This document shows positions 33,110 through 42,744 of a stretch of DNA of 64,000 nucleotides, piece by piece (position 1 is the first letter of the stretch; the number at the start of each line of letters is the position of its first letter). The stretch is taken from the IMG/VR virus record IMGVR_UViG_3300027971_000028, positions 1-64,000 of that record; one strand, 5' to 3'. The notes beneath the pieces are model-generated. The model ran no database searches. It saw nothing but the letters and a program-made list of their open reading frames with translations, and had not been told where the DNA came from. The position numbers and the translations under genes are program-made. This stretch comes from a virus.

Positions 33110-36100
33110 TTGCAATTTATAGGTCGTAGTGGGAATAACGCCTTATTTGTGCTTGAAAACAAGGCTGTAGTTGTAGACGAAAAAAGAAACTTAGTTTCTT
33201 CTATTGACTATGCAGATGCGCTCACTGCTTCTTTCACTCCTGATGATAACCAAGAGAATCCATCTTCTGTTACTTACGAGTTAGCAACCGCTGCAATATC
33301 AGATTTAGACATAAAGATTTTTTCAAATAATGACCGTTTATACACAATTCCAAAATCAGTTCAGTCAGAGGCAAAACGTGCCTTAGAGTGGCGTAAAAAG
33401 CATGATCGCGGTGGCACATCGGTAGGTTTAAATACTGCTAGAACTCTTGCTCGTGGTGGTCAAATTGGTATTAGAAAAATTCGTCACATCGCTAAGTACT
33501 TCCCTCGTCATCAAGTAGATAAAAAAGGAAAAGGCTACGAGCCTTCAGAACCTGGCTATCCTTCAAATGGACGCATCGCTTGGGCTCTTTGGGGTGGAGA
33601 TGCTGCTGAACGCTGGGCCAGTGCAATAGTTGCCCGTGAAAATAAGAAGGCTCAGGCAAACTCAATTACTGCTTCATATAAATTTGTTATGGCCGACTAT
33701 GAGTCTCCAGAAAAGGTAGAACTTAACTCTTTTATAGAGTCAGAGATGTTGCCAGAAGATATGGCTCCTCAGTTCTTTATTCGTATTCGTTTAGATGGTA
33801 CTGGCATTGATCGCTTATATAAAGTAAATACAGACGGATCAGTCTTTGTTTGGGACGATGCAATGTGGGAAGATCTTGGAAATATTAACTATGATTTTCA
33901 CACTTACGATAAAAGCCTCGATGATCCCTATGACATGGTTGAGAAAATACATGTTCCTGTAGACACAGAAACTGCAATTATTGTTTCAGGAAACTTAGAC
34001 TCTAATCCTATGAAATCAATTTCTATATCTCAAATTAATCAAGAAGAGTCTGACATATTTGTAGATGAGATGGATAAAATTGATTGGGATTTAATTAATG
34101 AGATTTCTTATGATGAAAATATGTATAGCGAGTATGAGGAGTTTTCAGACTCTTCTTTAACTGCTGCCACTGCTCCGACAGCAGGAACTCCTGTAACTAA
34201 TCAAGATGGAAATTACACTCCAGAAGAGCGCTCTCAGAAAGCACGTTCTCAGGTAAGAGATGCTATAGGTAAGTTTGCCAAGTCTGGTGGACGAGTTGTT
34301 ATTGGTAAAAAGCCAGAGTATTCAGGAACTATTGAATCTATTAACCCTGCTACTCAAAGCGTTAAGGTTAAGTTAGATAATGGAAATTATGTTGATGTTC
34401 CTGCTAATACTACAGAGCCTGCAGATACTTTTAAACCACTTCCACAAGAAAAAACTTTAACATCTACTAAGCAACTTACTAAAGGAATTTTAGGAGAGCC
34501 TAGAGTTCCTATTGATTCCCCTAATGCCACTCTTCCTGGAAAACTTCCTCAATTAAACACTGCTCAAGTTCAAACAATATTAAATGACCTTCCAGCATGG
34601 AGCACTGATCAAAGATTAAAAGCATCTTCTCCTAGCGCTCCTACGGCTGTTAGCACAGAAACAAAAACTCCTAATGCTTATAACGATCCAAGTTTAAGAA
34701 AGTTTTTAGAGAAAAAAGTTGTAGTAAATGGAGAAACCACTTATCCTAATTCAATTTGGTATCAACCAAAAGTAGATCCTTCTTCAATAGAAGGCTACAA
34801 ACCAACTAAAGACTTAACTCCTTCCCCTGGATTAAAAGTTCCACCTGCTTTTCGACAACCTGCTAAAGGTCTTACCTCTGCTGCATCTGTAGCATTAACG
34901 CCAGATACTTCAGATGTTCCACCAATTTATATGGCAATTGTTTCACCTGATGATCCTCAAGCGGTAATGGAATTAGTTTCATTAATACCTACTAGTAAAG
35001 ACTCTGTTGTAACTTCTACATGGAAGCGTAAGCCAGGAGTATGGGAAAAAGATGACTCAATTCTTTCTGATTTAAAGAGTCCTACACCTCCACCAGTTGT
35101 TGTCTTAGATGATGACACCTTAAAAATAGTTTTGGATCAAATAGATTCAGCTGCTAAAACTGCATCTGCATATATTACAGATTCAATAATTTCTTCCTTA
35201 ATTGCTGCTGGAGGAATTGACCGTAACAAAGGAAATGCTGAAAAACTTCGTCGTTATTGGTTATATGGAAAAGGTGCAGCAAAAATTCGTTGGAATACCG
35301 CAGGTGATTGGACCCGCTGCGTTCGCCAACTTTCAAAATACATGGGTCCTCGAGCAAAAGGCTACTGTGCATTGCGTCATAAAGAAGCAACTGGCATGTG
35401 GACTGGAGATAAGGAGCATCGTCAACTTTATGGCAAAAAAGGAATTAGAGCAGACGCGTTTAGCACAGATTTTATACTTCCTTCTGAAGCCATACTCGAA
35501 GCAACCTCTCTTAAAGCAAGAGCAGCGGATGCCAGAAACAGAGTTGTCTTAGCAGGAGCAGAGATAGAAGATTTTAAAGGAGCAGAGTTTGTTATTCCTT
35601 TAGTTATCCCAGAAGACATAGAGTCTGGAGATGGTCGTAAGTTTGAAAAAGGCGCTATTACTATGCGTGAACTTCCTCTTCCATTTTTATGGCAAATTAA
35701 GACTGGCGAGGGTCATTCTGGATCAGTTGTAATTGGAACAATTATTCAGATGGAAAGAGTAGAACAAGGTATTGGAAATGCCAGAGGATATTTTGATACT
35801 GGAGAATACGGAAAAGAAGCGGAAAGATTAGTTCGTGGAGGCTTCATCCGTGGAGTTTCTGCTGATATGGACATGTTTGAAGCAGATGAAGAAAAAGAAA
35901 ATGCTGAAAATGACTCTAACAAAAAAGTTGGAGCAGGTAAAATGAACATAACTAAGGCAAGGGTTATGGCTGTAACTCTTGTCCCCAAGCCCGCTTTTCA
36001 GGAATGTCGAGTAGAACTCGCAGACCAAAGCGGAGAAATGCAGGAGGAAGAAGTGATATCTGATGGAGTGTATGTCGAAGGATTAAATCCTTTAGACGCA

Positions 36101-38302
36101 TCAGCGTTAGTAGCGTGTGGAATTGTGGCTGGGTCAATACCAGTTACTCCACCGAAAGATTGGTTTGCTAACCCAAAATTAAAAAAACCAACCGCACTAA
36201 CAGTAACTGATGAAGGTCAAGTGTATGGTCACATTGCTGCATGGCATGTAGATCATATTGGAATGTCTTATGGAACTCGTCCTCCTCGGAGTAAGAGCAG
36301 TTATGCATACTTCCACACTGGTGCTGTACGTGCTGACGATGGAACAGATGTTCCAGTTGGACAATTAACTTTAGCTGGAGGACATGCTTCTCTTGAAGCA
36401 AGTGCTTCAGAAGCAGTTCGTCATTATGACGACACAGCATCTGCAGTAGCAGATGTACATGCTGGAGAAGATGCTTATGGTATCTGGGTATCAGGAGCAC
36501 TTCGCCCTGGCACAACTCCAGAACAAATTCGTGCTCTACGTGCCTCTGCTCCGTCAGGAGATTGGAGACCGATTAAAGGTGCTTTAGAGCTTGTAGCAAT
36601 TTGTCAGGTAAATGTTCCTGGCTTCCCAATTGCTCGTGCTCGTGTTGCATCAGGTCAAGTTATGGCACTTGTTGCTGCTGGTGCAAGCGTTCTTGCTCAA
36701 CTAAAGAACGATCCTTTAGCAGAGTTACATACTCGAATTGATAAACTAGAAGCACCATTAATTGCGGCTAGTAATAGTGCTAAAGATAGAATGAGAACAA
36801 TTACTGCTGCTATTAAAGCATCTGAATTATCTAATAGAGTAAATAAGATGAAAGAAGAATCTTCTTCTTATATGCTTCAAAGTATTGATAACTCAGATTC
36901 AGAGTTAGCAGTCATTACTCGCAAACAACGTATGGAATTAGCAAAAGATAAAAAAGCACTTCCAGATGGGTCATTCCCAATTAGAAATGTTTCTGATCTA
37001 AAAAATGCTGTTCATGCATATGGACGTGCTAAGCCAGGAAATCGTGGTTTGGTTCGCCGTCATATTGTAAAGATGGCTCGTCAGTTAGATCGAAAAGATC
37101 TAATTCCAGAGAACTGGAAAGAAGCATCCGTAAACGATACAGATAGTATTGCTGCTAGTTTAAGAGCAAGAATCTCTATTGTTGAATCAGTTGTTGCCGC
37201 TGGCGGTTTGGATCGTAACCGGGGAAACGCTGAAACGCTTCGTCGCTACTGGACAAGAGGCGAAGGAGCTGCAAAAATCCGTTGGGGAGCACCTGGTGAC
37301 TGGAGTAGATGCGTAAAGCATTTAGCAAAGTATCTAGGTCCTCGTGCTAAGGGTTACTGTCAACTACGTCATAAAGATGCTTTAGGTATTTACACTGCAA
37401 CACATGCTAAGCGTGATAGAGCTAAGAATAATTCTGTAGAAGAATTTTCTAGTGATTACATGCCAGAGACAATGGAGCAGATGGAGATTCCACAGGATCA
37501 ACTACAAATGCCTGTAAGCAAAATTATTCAACAACCAGATGATCTATATGACGCTCAATGGGAGCCAGAAGATATGATTGTTGTCATTTTAAATGAAATG
37601 GGAGAGGCTTCAGAAGCAGATTTTTTAGCCAATTCTGAAACATTTGCTGAAAAAGATCCTTATGTAGTAGATCAAAGTGAGCCTGTTGGTACACCTGATT
37701 TAACAAAAGAAGATCTAAAAGGTCTTACAGATGAAGAAACAGATATACTAAAAAAAGAAGTTAAGAGTAAGCAAGACGCAGAAAAGTCTAGAGCTAAATA
37801 CACACCTAAAACCCAACCCCGTGATGCCACAGGGAAGTTTCGACAAGTGCTTGCTCGGTTGAAACTGGACCTAGGTGATGCTGGATCAGATGCTGCATTA
37901 AAGAAGATTGAAGAGGTTGATAATCTAGATAATGCTGGTAACTACGCTGAAGCAGCCAAGGCTGCTGGCGATTTGCTAGATATTGTAGATAGATTAGATA
38001 CAGGAGCACTTAACGCTGAGGCTATAGGCAATGTTAGAAACAGTGCTGGAGAATTAGGCAAGGTTATTGCTAACCTACCTTTTGCCTTTGGAGAAGATGC
38101 TCAGAAGATCAGATTTAGTGATGTACCACCTGCCCTACAGGATCTAATGGAAAAAATGATCACTAGGGTTGAGAATAAAATTGGTCAAAAAGACGCAGAT
38201 ATTGCTACTAAAGGTATGAAGGACTTTATGTCAGGTCAAGAGGTCTACAGCCAGAGCGAGATATCTAGTCAAATGTCTAAGTTACTTAGACTACTTACCT
38301 AA
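33110..38302 (+). CDS. 1730-aa multidomain capsid maturation protease
   Basis: HK97-type protease core IESGDGRKF...LPLPFLWQ...GHSGSVVIG...RGVSAD...TLVPKPAF; second WF.NP.L..PT...GHIA.W domain; position between portal and capsid genes. Confidence 0.8.
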   Translation: MQFIGRSGNNALFVLENKAVVVDEKRNLVSSIDYADALTASFTPDDNQENPSSVTYELATAAISDLDIKIFSNNDRLYTIPKSVQSEAKRALEWRKKHDRGGTSVGLNTARTLARGGQIGIRKIRHIAKYFPRHQVDKKGKGYEPSEPGYPSNGRIAWALWGGDAAERWASAIVARENKKAQANSITASYKFVMADYESPEKVELNSFIESEMLPEDMAPQFFIRIRLDGTGIDRLYKVNTDGSVFVWDDAMWEDLGNINYDFHTYDKSLDDPYDMVEKIHVPVDTETAIIVSGNLDSNPMKSISISQINQEESDIFVDEMDKIDWDLINEISYDENMYSEYEEFSDSSLTAATAPTAGTPVTNQDGNYTPEERSQKARSQVRDAIGKFAKSGGRVVIGKKPEYSGTIESINPATQSVKVKLDNGNYVDVPANTTEPADTFKPLPQEKTLTSTKQLTKGILGEPRVPIDSPNATLPGKLPQLNTAQVQTILNDLPAWSTDQRLKASSPSAPTAVSTETKTPNAYNDPSLRKFLEKKVVVNGETTYPNSIWYQPKVDPSSIEGYKPTKDLTPSPGLKVPPAFRQPAKGLTSAASVALTPDTSDVPPIYMAIVSPDDPQAVMELVSLIPTSKDSVVTSTWKRKPGVWEKDDSILSDLKSPTPPPVVVLDDDTLKIVLDQIDSAAKTASAYITDSIISSLIAAGGIDRNKGNAEKLRRYWLYGKGAAKIRWNTAGDWTRCVRQLSKYMGPRAKGYCALRHKEATGMWTGDKEHRQLYGKKGIRADAFSTDFILPSEAILEATSLKARAADARNRVVLAGAEIEDFKGAEFVIPLVIPEDIESGDGRKFEKGAITMRELPLPFLWQIKTGEGHSGSVVIGTIIQMERVEQGIGNARGYFDTGEYGKEAERLVRGGFIRGVSADMDMFEADEEKENAENDSNKKVGAGKMNITKARVMAVTLVPKPAFQECRVELADQSGEMQEEEVISDGVYVEGLNPLDASALVACGIVAGSIPVTPPKDWFANPKLKKPTALTVTDEGQVYGHIAAWHVDHIGMSYGTRPPRSKSSYAYFHTGAVRADDGTDVPVGQLTLAGGHASLEASASEAVRHYDDTASAVADVHAGEDAYGIWVSGALRPGTTPEQIRALRASAPSGDWRPIKGALELVAICQVNVPGFPIARARVASGQVMALVAAGASVLAQLKNDPLAELHTRIDKLEAPLIAASNSAKDRMRTITAAIKASELSNRVNKMKEESSSYMLQSIDNSDSELAVITRKQRMELAKDKKALPDGSFPIRNVSDLKNAVHAYGRAKPGNRGLVRRHIVKMARQLDRKDLIPENWKEASVNDTDSIAASLRARISIVESVVAAGGLDRNRGNAETLRRYWTRGEGAAKIRWGAPGDWSRCVKHLAKYLGPRAKGYCQLRHKDALGIYTATHAKRDRAKNNSVEEFSSDYMPETMEQMEIPQDQLQMPVSKIIQQPDDLYDAQWEPEDMIVVILNEMGEASEADFLANSETFAEKDPYVVDQSEPVGTPDLTKEDLKGLTDEETDILKKEVKSKQDAEKSRAKYTPKTQPRDATGKFRQVLARLKLDLGDAGSDAALKKIEEVDNLDNAGNYAEAAKAAGDLLDIVDRLDTGALNAEAIGNVRNSAGELGKVIANLPFAFGEDAQKIRFSDVPPALQDLMEKMITRVENKIGQKDADIATKGMKDFMSGQEVYSQSEISSQMSKLLRLLT

Positions 38303-38361
38303 TCGGTAAAAACAGTACAAAAAAGAAAATCACACTATAAGAACTAATGTAGTATTCAGTA

Positions 38362-38470
38362 TTAGGTGGAGTGCCTCCACGCATCTATTGCGTCCGCGAG
38401 TCCCTCAGCCTCGACTGATCAGCGAGATGGGGAAAAGCCCTATCCTAACTGACCCTAAGGAGGGACAGTA
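38362..38470 (+). promoter_or_regulatory. Structured 5' leader of the major capsid gene
   Basis: GTGGAG/CTCCAC, ACGCA/TGCGT, TCAG/CTGA, GATGGGG/CCCTATC, and GTCCCT/AGGGAC pairing over the SD; TAGTAT -10 at 38350. Confidence 0.5.
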
Positions 38471-40609
38471 GTGGACCAAATCAAACAAATGATGGATCAG
38501 TTATCTGACATCACTGACGAACAAGTTAGTGAACTTCAGGCATCTATCCTCAGCGAATTTGAATCGGTCGAGAAGGAGGATCCTACTCCGCAGACAGTTG
38601 ACGCTATGACGTCACTTGCCGACATGCTCGATGGAGTTAGAAACGAAATCAAGCGTCGTGAGGTAGCAACTGTAGAACTTGCTCAAAAAGCAGCAGAAGC
38701 AACTAATCGCGTATACGGAAAAGAAGACGAAAATAAAGACATGGAAACTACTGAAGTTAAAGATGCTGCAATGCATGAAGAGGCTCCTGCCGCTCCTGCT
38801 GAAGAAGCACCTGTAACTGAAGAAGCACCTGTTTCTGAAACTCCTGCCCCAACCATGGAAGAGGAGAAAAAAATGGAAGATGCAGCAGCAATGCCTGCAG
38901 CTCCAGAAGTTACTCCAGAAGTAGAAGATGAAAAATCTCCTGCAGACATGGAAGAAGACAAAAAGGAAGAAAAGGAAATGGAAAAAACTATGACTGAAGC
39001 GTCAACCGAAGCAGATAAGAAATCTGAATTTTCGACTGAAGTTAAAGAAACAACTGAAGCAGCAGCAGCTGTGGAAGAGATAGTTGTTGCAGCTGTTGCA
39101 GAAGCACCAGCAACAACAACAACAGCAGAAGTACCAGTAGTAGCAGAAGCAGCAGTTGTAGAAGAGGTAGCAGTATCGCAAGATGCTCCTGCAGCTGAAG
39201 CAGCAGTTGTTGTTACTGAAGGTGCTGAAGCAGCAATCATTGAAACACCAACACAAACAGAAAATGTGCAAACAGCACAAGAAACTATGGAGGCACCCGT
39301 GACCGCCGCTGCAGATAACGCAGATAACCTCAACATCGAGGTACCGGCTGACCGTCGCCCAACATCTCGGACAACAGAAGCAGCCGTGGCAATCACTGCT
39401 GGTGCTGATATTCCTGGATATACAGCAGGCAGCTCAATTTCAAGCATGGCAGAAGTTGCAGAAGCAATGGCCAAGCGTCTACATGGCCTACGCCGTGTAA
39501 ATGGTGGAGATGGAGAACAACATATTGTTGCTTCTATTTCTACCCAATTTCCAGAGGCTCGCACCCTTAATCAGGATGCACAAGCTAACTGGGACAAAGT
39601 ACAAGCTGTAGTCGGACCTGAGGCACTTGTTGCTTCTGGTGGACATCAAGCACCTTTCGAGGTTAAGTACGATATCTTCGGTCTTGGCTCAGCAGTGCGC
39701 CCAGTCCGTGATTCTCTACCTCGTTTCCAAGCAGACCGTGGCGGTATCCGCTACATCACTCCACCAGTACTTAGCTCATATGCTAGCGCTGTTGGTGTAT
39801 GGACTGCTGCTAACGATTCAGCAGAAACACCAAGCCCAGCTTCAAAGTTGAGCTTAACTGTAGCCGCAGCTGCTGAGACAACTGTCTCAACTGATGCTGT
39901 TACTTTGCAACTACAATTCGGTAACCTTCTAAGCCGTGCATATCCTGAATTAATTGCTCGTCACAACGAACTTGGTTTAATTCAACATGCTCGCGAGGCT
40001 GAAGGAAATCTTATGGCAAAAATCGGTTCAGCATCAACAGCCGTTACTTCAACTTCCGTAATTGGAATGGGTCGTGACTTCCTAGTTCAACTAGGTCGCG
40101 CTGCTGCCGCTTACCGTGCACGTCATCGTCTAGATGCAGATGCTCCACTTCGCGCAATTATTCCAGCATGGATTAAAGACGCAATGGCAGCTGATCTAAC
40201 TTTAAATATGCCTGGAGATTCAACTCTAAATGCATATGCAGAGATTGATGGCTACATTGCAGCTCGCGGAATCAACGCTACATTTGCTCTAGATACTGCA
40301 GCAGGAGCTTCTCCTTTTGCAGCACAGAGCTCTGGCGCAATGAATGAGTTCCCAGATACATTCGTTTGGTACTTATTTGCTGAAGGATCATTCTTGTTCC
40401 TTGATGGTGGCACTTTGGATCTTGGAGTTATCCGTGATTCAACACTTGTCGGCACCAACGACTACAAGATGTTCGTTGAAACCTTTGAGAACGTTGCCCT
40501 TATCGGCGTCGAATCTCTACAGGTTACATCAACTATCAATGTAAACGGAGTAGCAGCCGCTCTTCGCGATACACTTGGTGGATTGACTGCAGCAACAATC
40601 GAGTACTAA
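38471..40609 (+). CDS. Major capsid (hexamer) protein with long acidic N-terminal scaffold-like region
   Basis: ITAGADIPG, LVASGG, LPRFQADRGGIRY, FAEGSFLFLDGGTLDLGVIRDSTL...NDY..F.ETFE, typical of cluster-B-like hexamer proteins; codon bias of a highly expressed gene. Confidence 0.9.
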   Translation: MDQIKQMMDQLSDITDEQVSELQASILSEFESVEKEDPTPQTVDAMTSLADMLDGVRNEIKRREVATVELAQKAAEATNRVYGKEDENKDMETTEVKDAAMHEEAPAAPAEEAPVTEEAPVSETPAPTMEEEKKMEDAAAMPAAPEVTPEVEDEKSPADMEEDKKEEKEMEKTMTEASTEADKKSEFSTEVKETTEAAAAVEEIVVAAVAEAPATTTTAEVPVVAEAAVVEEVAVSQDAPAAEAAVVVTEGAEAAIIETPTQTENVQTAQETMEAPVTAAADNADNLNIEVPADRRPTSRTTEAAVAITAGADIPGYTAGSSISSMAEVAEAMAKRLHGLRRVNGGDGEQHIVASISTQFPEARTLNQDAQANWDKVQAVVGPEALVASGGHQAPFEVKYDIFGLGSAVRPVRDSLPRFQADRGGIRYITPPVLSSYASAVGVWTAANDSAETPSPASKLSLTVAAAAETTVSTDAVTLQLQFGNLLSRAYPELIARHNELGLIQHAREAEGNLMAKIGSASTAVTSTSVIGMGRDFLVQLGRAAAAYRARHRLDADAPLRAIIPAWIKDAMAADLTLNMPGDSTLNAYAEIDGYIAARGINATFALDTAAGASPFAAQSSGAMNEFPDTFVWYLFAEGSFLFLDGGTLDLGVIRDSTLVGTNDYKMFVETFENVALIGVESLQVTSTINVNGVAAALRDTLGGLTAATIEY

Positions 40610-40629
40610 GCCGTAACCAATTTGTTGAA

Positions 40630-40653
40630 GGGGAGCCTAAAAATAGGCTCCCC
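40630..40653 (+). terminator. Strong hairpin after the capsid gene
   Basis: GGGGAGCCTA-aaaa-TAGGCTCCCC. Confidence 0.75.
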
Positions 40654-40697
40654 CGATACAATAAACAAAAACTAGATTTAAGTTAGGAACAGAGAAC

Positions 40698-41564
40698 ATG
40701 GCTTTTACCGGAATATTTGAAGCTCCAAAGATCACACCTTCAGAGTTCGGTCTATTCACCGTAGCAAAGCCTGATACTAAGATAAAAGAAGATCAATGGA
40801 TTAGAGGATTCTCACAAGAGTGGGATACCAGTATTTATTCTACAAAAAACTGGGACGATACAGATACTACATCCGCTGTTATTGCCTCGAATGCAACACC
40901 TACGCGATACACTGAAATTAAACCATTTTTTATTGAAGCTGAAGATTATCGCTCAACATTAGGTTTTACTGGCTTTGACTATGTAGCAAGAGTTAAACGT
41001 CAACTTGAAGGAATAACACAGAAGTCAATTGAACGCGAGCTATGGGATGGAGCAGTTAGAAAAGGCGAATCCCACGAAAATAAAGCACTTAGTGCCGCAA
41101 GTGCAACACTTGTTAATGGAACTACAGCACTTTCTGTTCAACGTGCACTTGCATTACTTGACTATGAATTGTCTGATACTTCCCCTTGCGGAGAAAACGG
41201 TGTCATTCACATGACAAAGGATGTGGCTGGTCTTCTATCTGCTAACTATATGATTTTTGATAATAAAGAAAAAGGCCACCTTCAGACAGTTAGTGGAACT
41301 AAAATTATTGTTGGTTCTGGTTACACTGGAAATGGTCCAGATTCACAGACAGGCGCAACAGCGTCAGCGACAAACAAATGGATGTACGGCACTGGCACAA
41401 TCAAGACACTTATTGGTGATGTTGATGTCGTAGCTGACAATCTGGCTCAAAGCTATGATGTAGCGGGAAATCAAAATGATATGCGTATTAAGGCAATTCG
41501 CCCAGCGGCGGTTTACTTTGATACATCTATACATTTAGCAATCAGAGTTGATTTAACAGCGTAA
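40698..41564 (+). CDS. Major capsid pentamer protein (putative)
   Basis: Position directly after the hexamer gene; N-terminal AP...P..FGLF..A; ...ERELW.G...HM...A pattern of cluster-B-like pentamer proteins. Confidence 0.65.
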   Translation: MAFTGIFEAPKITPSEFGLFTVAKPDTKIKEDQWIRGFSQEWDTSIYSTKNWDDTDTTSAVIASNATPTRYTEIKPFFIEAEDYRSTLGFTGFDYVARVKRQLEGITQKSIERELWDGAVRKGESHENKALSAASATLVNGTTALSVQRALALLDYELSDTSPCGENGVIHMTKDVAGLLSANYMIFDNKEKGHLQTVSGTKIIVGSGYTGNGPDSQTGATASATNKWMYGTGTIKTLIGDVDVVADNLAQSYDVAGNQNDMRIKAIRPAAVYFDTSIHLAIRVDLTA

Positions 41565-41603
41565 AATAAGAACAAGTAAAAACCAACTAAAGGAGAAATC
41601 AGT

Positions 41604-42653
41604 ATGGCCACTCAGGACTACGCGGCAAGCGTCCAAGGTGTGGCGATCCGTGTCACTAGACTGGACGCCTCAGGTAACCTACTCACCCAACCAGGTGATA
41701 GTTATACAACCTCGGCGTTCCTTCGCGCTTCATTTACACCAGAGTACGAAGAGGGCGATGAAATCGTAGAGAAGTCAGCAAACGGTACAGTTTGCGTTTC
41801 CTACAAAGCCCCAGACACTCTTAAAAGAATTACTATGGAACTGGCAATTTGTGAGCCAGATACAGAACTTACTGCTCTATTAGCAGGCGGGTTACTACTT
41901 CGTAAGAATCTAGGAACTTATGCTTCACCAGATCGCACATCAATTGGTTGGGCCGCACCAGCCGTTGGAGATGACCCTGCTGGAAACGGCGTTGCTCTTG
42001 AAGTTTGGTCATTTGCTGTGAAGGATGGAAAGCGTGCAACAACTCGTCCATACTTCCACTGGGTTTTCCCATATGTTAAGTTGCGTCAATCAGGTGACCG
42101 TGTAATTGAAAACGGATTACTTGCAAACACTTTCGAAGGCTATGGTCTTGGAAATGAGTCCTTTGATGCAGGTCCAGACGGCCGCTGGGAGTTTCCAGTT
42201 GCAGCAGAGCGTCCATACTCATACGCTCGCGATTCATGGGCACCAACTGGTCTAAAGGGCTTCTACGAGTGGCATGATGATATTACTAAGACTATTAGTA
42301 ACACATACCGCACTGGAACTACTGCAACTATTACAACATCTTCTGCTCACGGATTCCGTGTAGGAGATAGCGTAACTGTTGCTGGTACCAACGGAAACTC
42401 TGCACTTCACGGTACTAAAACAATTACCGCAGTTCCAACAACAACAACCTTCACATACACCACTACAACAAGCGGAACTATCACCTCTGCTGCTGATACT
42501 GGAACCGCAGTTGTTGCTAAGGGCTACTGGGCAGTTACAGACTTTACCTCTCAAGGATCTACTACTGCGTACAACGTACCTGGTAGCAGTTCATATAATG
42601 CTGACAACGCTGTTGACTTCATTATTGCTTCATCAGAGGATGCAACCTCTTAA
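41604..42653 (+). CDS. Major tail protein with an inserted beta-barrel repeat
   Basis: VQGVAIRVTRLDASG...YEEGDEIVEKSANG.VC, typical actinophage major tail protein; insert at 42288-42515. Confidence 0.85.
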   Translation: MATQDYAASVQGVAIRVTRLDASGNLLTQPGDSYTTSAFLRASFTPEYEEGDEIVEKSANGTVCVSYKAPDTLKRITMELAICEPDTELTALLAGGLLLRKNLGTYASPDRTSIGWAAPAVGDDPAGNGVALEVWSFAVKDGKRATTRPYFHWVFPYVKLRQSGDRVIENGLLANTFEGYGLGNESFDAGPDGRWEFPVAAERPYSYARDSWAPTGLKGFYEWHDDITKTISNTYRTGTTATITTSSAHGFRVGDSVTVAGTNGNSALHGTKTITAVPTTTTFTYTTTTSGTITSAADTGTAVVAKGYWAVTDFTSQGSTTAYNVPGSSSYNADNAVDFIIASSEDATS

Positions 42654-42665
42654 TATAAGTAAAAG

Positions 42666-42721
42666 AAGGGCGGACGACGTGTTGGTCGTATCATTGATAC
42701 AACTACCCGTTGTTCGCCCTT
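42666..42721 (+). promoter_or_regulatory. Long intergenic stem-loop (RNA stability or processing element?)
   Basis: 14-bp stem AAGGGCGGACGACG/CGTTGTTCGCCCTT with inner GTATC/GATAC; no U-tract. Confidence 0.55.
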
Positions 42722-42744
42722 ACTCTTTAGGATTGGTGTAAATA

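Noticed and set aside
38683-39564. 293-aa minus-strand ORF (also 2057-2758 and 47739-48371 on minus)
   Set aside because: Antisense shadows of well-supported plus-strand genes; low-complexity Ser/Ala translation, no SD or promoter
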